Below are positions 61,969 to 64,000 of a stretch of 64,000 nucleotides of DNA, in pieces; the first letter of the stretch is position 1, and the number at the start of each line of letters is the position of its first letter. The DNA is from an uncultured bacterium (GTDB taxonomy: Bacteria; Hydrothermota; Tepidihabitantia; Tepidihabitantales; Tepidihabitantaceae): contig CAZQZR010000001.1 of the NCBI GenBank assembly GCA_964597845.1, forward strand, positions 6,722 to 70,721, written 5' to 3'. Under the pieces are notes generated by a model. It worked only from the letters and a program-made list of their open reading frames with translations, did no database searches and had not been told where the DNA came from. The translations under genes and the position numbers were made by a program.

Positions 61969-61980
61969 ATTTCCTCCTGA

Positions 61981-63189
61981 CTATGCGGTGCGGGACATGC
62001 CGAGCAGTTCGGCGATGACCCCGAAACCAACCGCCATGCTTGCGAGCCAGACTGCCCAGCCCGCGAACGGGATGGCGCACAGACCAAAGACGATTACGAT
62101 ACCTACCGGCGCGGCCCACCAGAGCGATATTTCAGGCGCGCCGAAGATACGGAACAGCAGCCGCCCGGTGAACAGGCCGGCAAGGACTTTGGCGAGGTAC
62201 AGCGAGACAATGTACGCGGCCGCGGCGATGAGTCCGGCCGGGATCGTGATGATGAGCGCAAAGGCGACGAGGATGCTCATCGGGCCGATAAGAAACCCGA
62301 TGGCGCCGAACCCGACGGTGCGACCCCAATGGCTAAGCGAGCGAGCGAGCCCCTCATTGAGCACGTGCTTCCAGATTGCCACAAGCAGGAACCCGACCAC
62401 GAGCGCGCCGAGTATCGAGAGAATCGTGAACGGCAGGAAGAACGTGACGAACATGCCGGGCCGGGGTTTCATATTCCGCATGTCTTCGATTTCTTTGGGT
62501 GACGGGAGCAGCACGTGGTCGATGTTGCCGAAGACCATGTCGGGGTTGCCGATATCGATCTTCTTGTTCGAACGGTAGCGCAGGTTGCCATAGACACGGG
62601 CGTCGGGCGTAAGCGTGAGTTTGTCGGCCACGGTTACGTCGACGTTGCCGTCAATCGAGCCGGAGATGACGACTTCGTTGGCAACCGCCTTGACGTCGCC
62701 GCGCACCGTGCCGGCGATTTCGAGCGACCGGCAACCGGCGGCGACGTCGCCCCGCACTTCGGAGTTCTTGCCGATGACGAGGTTTGCACAGCCGGCCAGC
62801 ACGTCCTGGCCAACCGCGCCGTTGATGTAGACTGTGCCGGCGCCGGTCCGGACCGCGCCGCCGACGCGACCGCTGACGTTCAGCGTCGCGCAGAGGGCGA
62901 CAACGTCGCCGGCAACAGCGCCCGCGACATCCACGCTCTGGGCGGCAAGGAAGAGGTTACGCGTGACCGGGCCGGAGACGTTGATGGACTGGGCCCCGGC
63001 GATGGCCGAACCGTCAAGCCGGCCCTCGATGCGGAGCATCGTGCCGCCGTAGTAGATGTCGCCGATGCGCGTTTCTTCTGCCGGCAGCGTATACCCCGGT
63101 TCACTGACGAACTGAGCGGCGAGGGAAAGAGTGAAGAGAGAAGAGAGAAGAGTGAAGAGGCGAACCGGACGGGACAGCAGCTCACTCAC
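61981..63189 (-). CDS. bactofilin-like (polymer-forming cytoskeletal repeat) domain fused to a polytopic membrane domain
   Basis: 402 aa. Repeated G.V.GDV/V.G.V.G beta-helix-like units (SGRVGGAVRTGAG..INGAVGQDV..), then 4-5 TM segments. The N-terminal FTLLSSLFTLS is encoded by a GAAGAG word array. Confidence 0.6.
   Translation of the reverse strand: MSELLSRPVRLFTLLSSLFTLSLAAQFVSEPGYTLPAEETRIGDIYYGGTMLRIEGRLDGSAIAGAQSINVSGPVTRNLFLAAQSVDVAGAVAGDVVALCATLNVSGRVGGAVRTGAGTVYINGAVGQDVLAGCANLVIGKNSEVRGDVAAGCRSLEIAGTVRGDVKAVANEVVISGSIDGNVDVTVADKLTLTPDARVYGNLRYRSNKKIDIGNPDMVFGNIDHVLLPSPKEIEDMRNMKPRPGMFVTFFLPFTILSILGALVVGFLLVAIWKHVLNEGLARSLSHWGRTVGFGAIGFLIGPMSILVAFALIITIPAGLIAAAAYIVSLYLAKVLAGLFTGRLLFRIFGAPEISLWWAAPVGIVIVFGLCAIPFAGWAVWLASMAVGFGVIAELLGMSRTA
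63121..63163. repeat. GAAGAG/GTGAAGAG word array at the 5' end of a CDS
   Basis: GAGGGAAAGAGTGAAGAGAGAAGAGAGAAGAGTGAAGAGGCG; related AGTGAAGAGTGAAG lies in the tRNA spacer at 7989-8003. Confidence 0.8.
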
Positions 63190-63652
63190 GGTTCTTCCTC
63201 ATCTCTTCGCGGATGCGTTCTTCTATCTTCCGGCCCAGTTCGTCCCAGTCCTGGTCGGATTCGGCCGGACGCTCCTGCGTGCGCCATGATGCAAGGCCTT
63301 CCTTGACGCTGTCGCCGATGTGCCGGCCGACTCGGTCCCAGTCGGGTTCGTGCCGGTGCTTGTGGCGGTGGGCGACGCTGCGTGCGCCGCTGCCGAGCGA
63401 AATCATGCAGCCGAGCAGGAAGCCGAGATTGTAGCCCCAGCCGACGTTGTTGGGTTCATAGACCCCGACGTCCTTCGTGAACAGGCTGACGACGAACGTG
63501 ACAATGATTATAAGCCCGTGCCAGAGCCCGGCCCAGAAGTTGGCGGGCCTGCCGGTCTCGGTGCTGTAGCGGACGTTGCCGGGCGCGCAGCTCGTGACCA
63601 GAAGCAGAAGCAGAAATCCGGCGAGCAGAATTTTCGGCCAGTTATGTGTCAT
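63182..63652 (-). CDS. lipoprotein/membrane protein with charged C-terminal tail
   Basis: 156 aa. GGAGGTG SD. LLLLLVTSCAP lipobox and two TM segments. Tail DWDELGRKIEERIREEMRKNRE. Confidence 0.6.
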   Translation of the reverse strand: MTHNWPKILLAGFLLLLLVTSCAPGNVRYSTETGRPANFWAGLWHGLIIIVTFVVSLFTKDVGVYEPNNVGWGYNLGFLLGCMISLGSGARSVAHRHKHRHEPDWDRVGRHIGDSVKEGLASWRTQERPAESDQDWDELGRKIEERIREEMRKNRE

Positions 63653-63683
63653 AGCGGCACCTCCATTACGATACGAATATCAT

Positions 63684-63711
63684 ACTCTACTGCGGCAAAT
63701 GTGGCGGTCAA
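63684..63711 (-). promoter_or_regulatory. possible promoter of the long minus-strand operon (63652 down to 55811)
   Basis: Minus strand reads TTGACC, 16 nt, TAGAGT. Confidence 0.35.
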
Positions 63712-63796
63712 GTGTCCGGTCAGTTCCCAAACCCGAGATTAACCACAAAGAGTTACAAAGCGAACCGGCCAGGACCCCGGAACCCGCGGTTGGCGC

Positions 63797-64000
63797 TAGT
63801 CATGGTGCTTGCGCATCTCTTCAAGGATGTGTTGCTCGATTCTGCGACTGAGATCATCCCAGTCGGTGTTTCCCTCATGCTCCGCGCTGCGCCACTCGGC
63901 CAGTCCCTGGCTGGTGCCGGTCTGGATGCGCTCGCTGATTCGCTTCCAGCCGGCCTCGGTGCGGCGCCGGTGGTGATGCCGGCGAGACGGACGCAGGAAG
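63797..64000 (-). CDS. C-terminal fragment of a paralogue of the 63182..63652 protein (5' end beyond the right window edge)
   Basis: Hand translation: ...HHHRRRTEAGWKRISERIQTGTSQGLAEWRSAEHEGNTDWDDLSRRIEQHILEEMRKHHD*, the same tail motif as the neighbouring gene. Confidence 0.5.

Overview
This is a 64-kb, high-GC bacterial chromosomal segment; hand-counted 60-nt lines give about 60-62% GC. It is gene-dense on both strands, with about 55 CDS and a five-tRNA cluster (Lys-Leu-Cys-Gly-Glu, minus strand). Core content: dnaA with two consensus DnaA boxes in its leader and a long AT-richer gap beside it (candidate oriC); a partial V/A-type ATPase operon (C-F-A-B); an orphan hypF; a Thr/Met biosynthesis operon (PLP sulfhydrylase-like gene, thrC, ApgM-type proposed homoserine kinase); a sensor kinase/NtrC pair; and a seven-PAS protein behind a consensus sigma-54 promoter. 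There are many envelope proteins and at least four cargo proteins with T9SS-type C-terminal sorting domains, which by inference suggests an uncultivated FCB-superphylum-like lineage. The most unusual content is not a gene cluster but a pervasive family of short 'word' repeats. These are tandem octamer arrays (AGTGGTCN, AGGATTCN, GAGTTGCG, GGGGTTCN and others) and 12-nt-period arrays (a conserved octamer plus 4 variable nt). They fill intergenic spacers and form long inverted-repeat stems. They enclose two Avd/23S-IVS-family four-helix-bundle ORFs inserted between biosynthetic genes. They also occur in frame inside otherwise conserved CDSs (histidine kinase, HypF, a glycosyltransferase, signal-peptide regions). 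Other candidates are a minimal CD-NTase/OAS-like nucleotidyltransferase plus Vsr/DUF559 nuclease pair, a non-cyanobacterial acyl-ACP-reductase-like gene pair, a palindromic operator shared by a TrmB-family regulator operon and an OMP gene, and a low-GC alcohol-dehydrogenase islet. No rRNA, CRISPR, transposase, integrase or phage genes were recognised.
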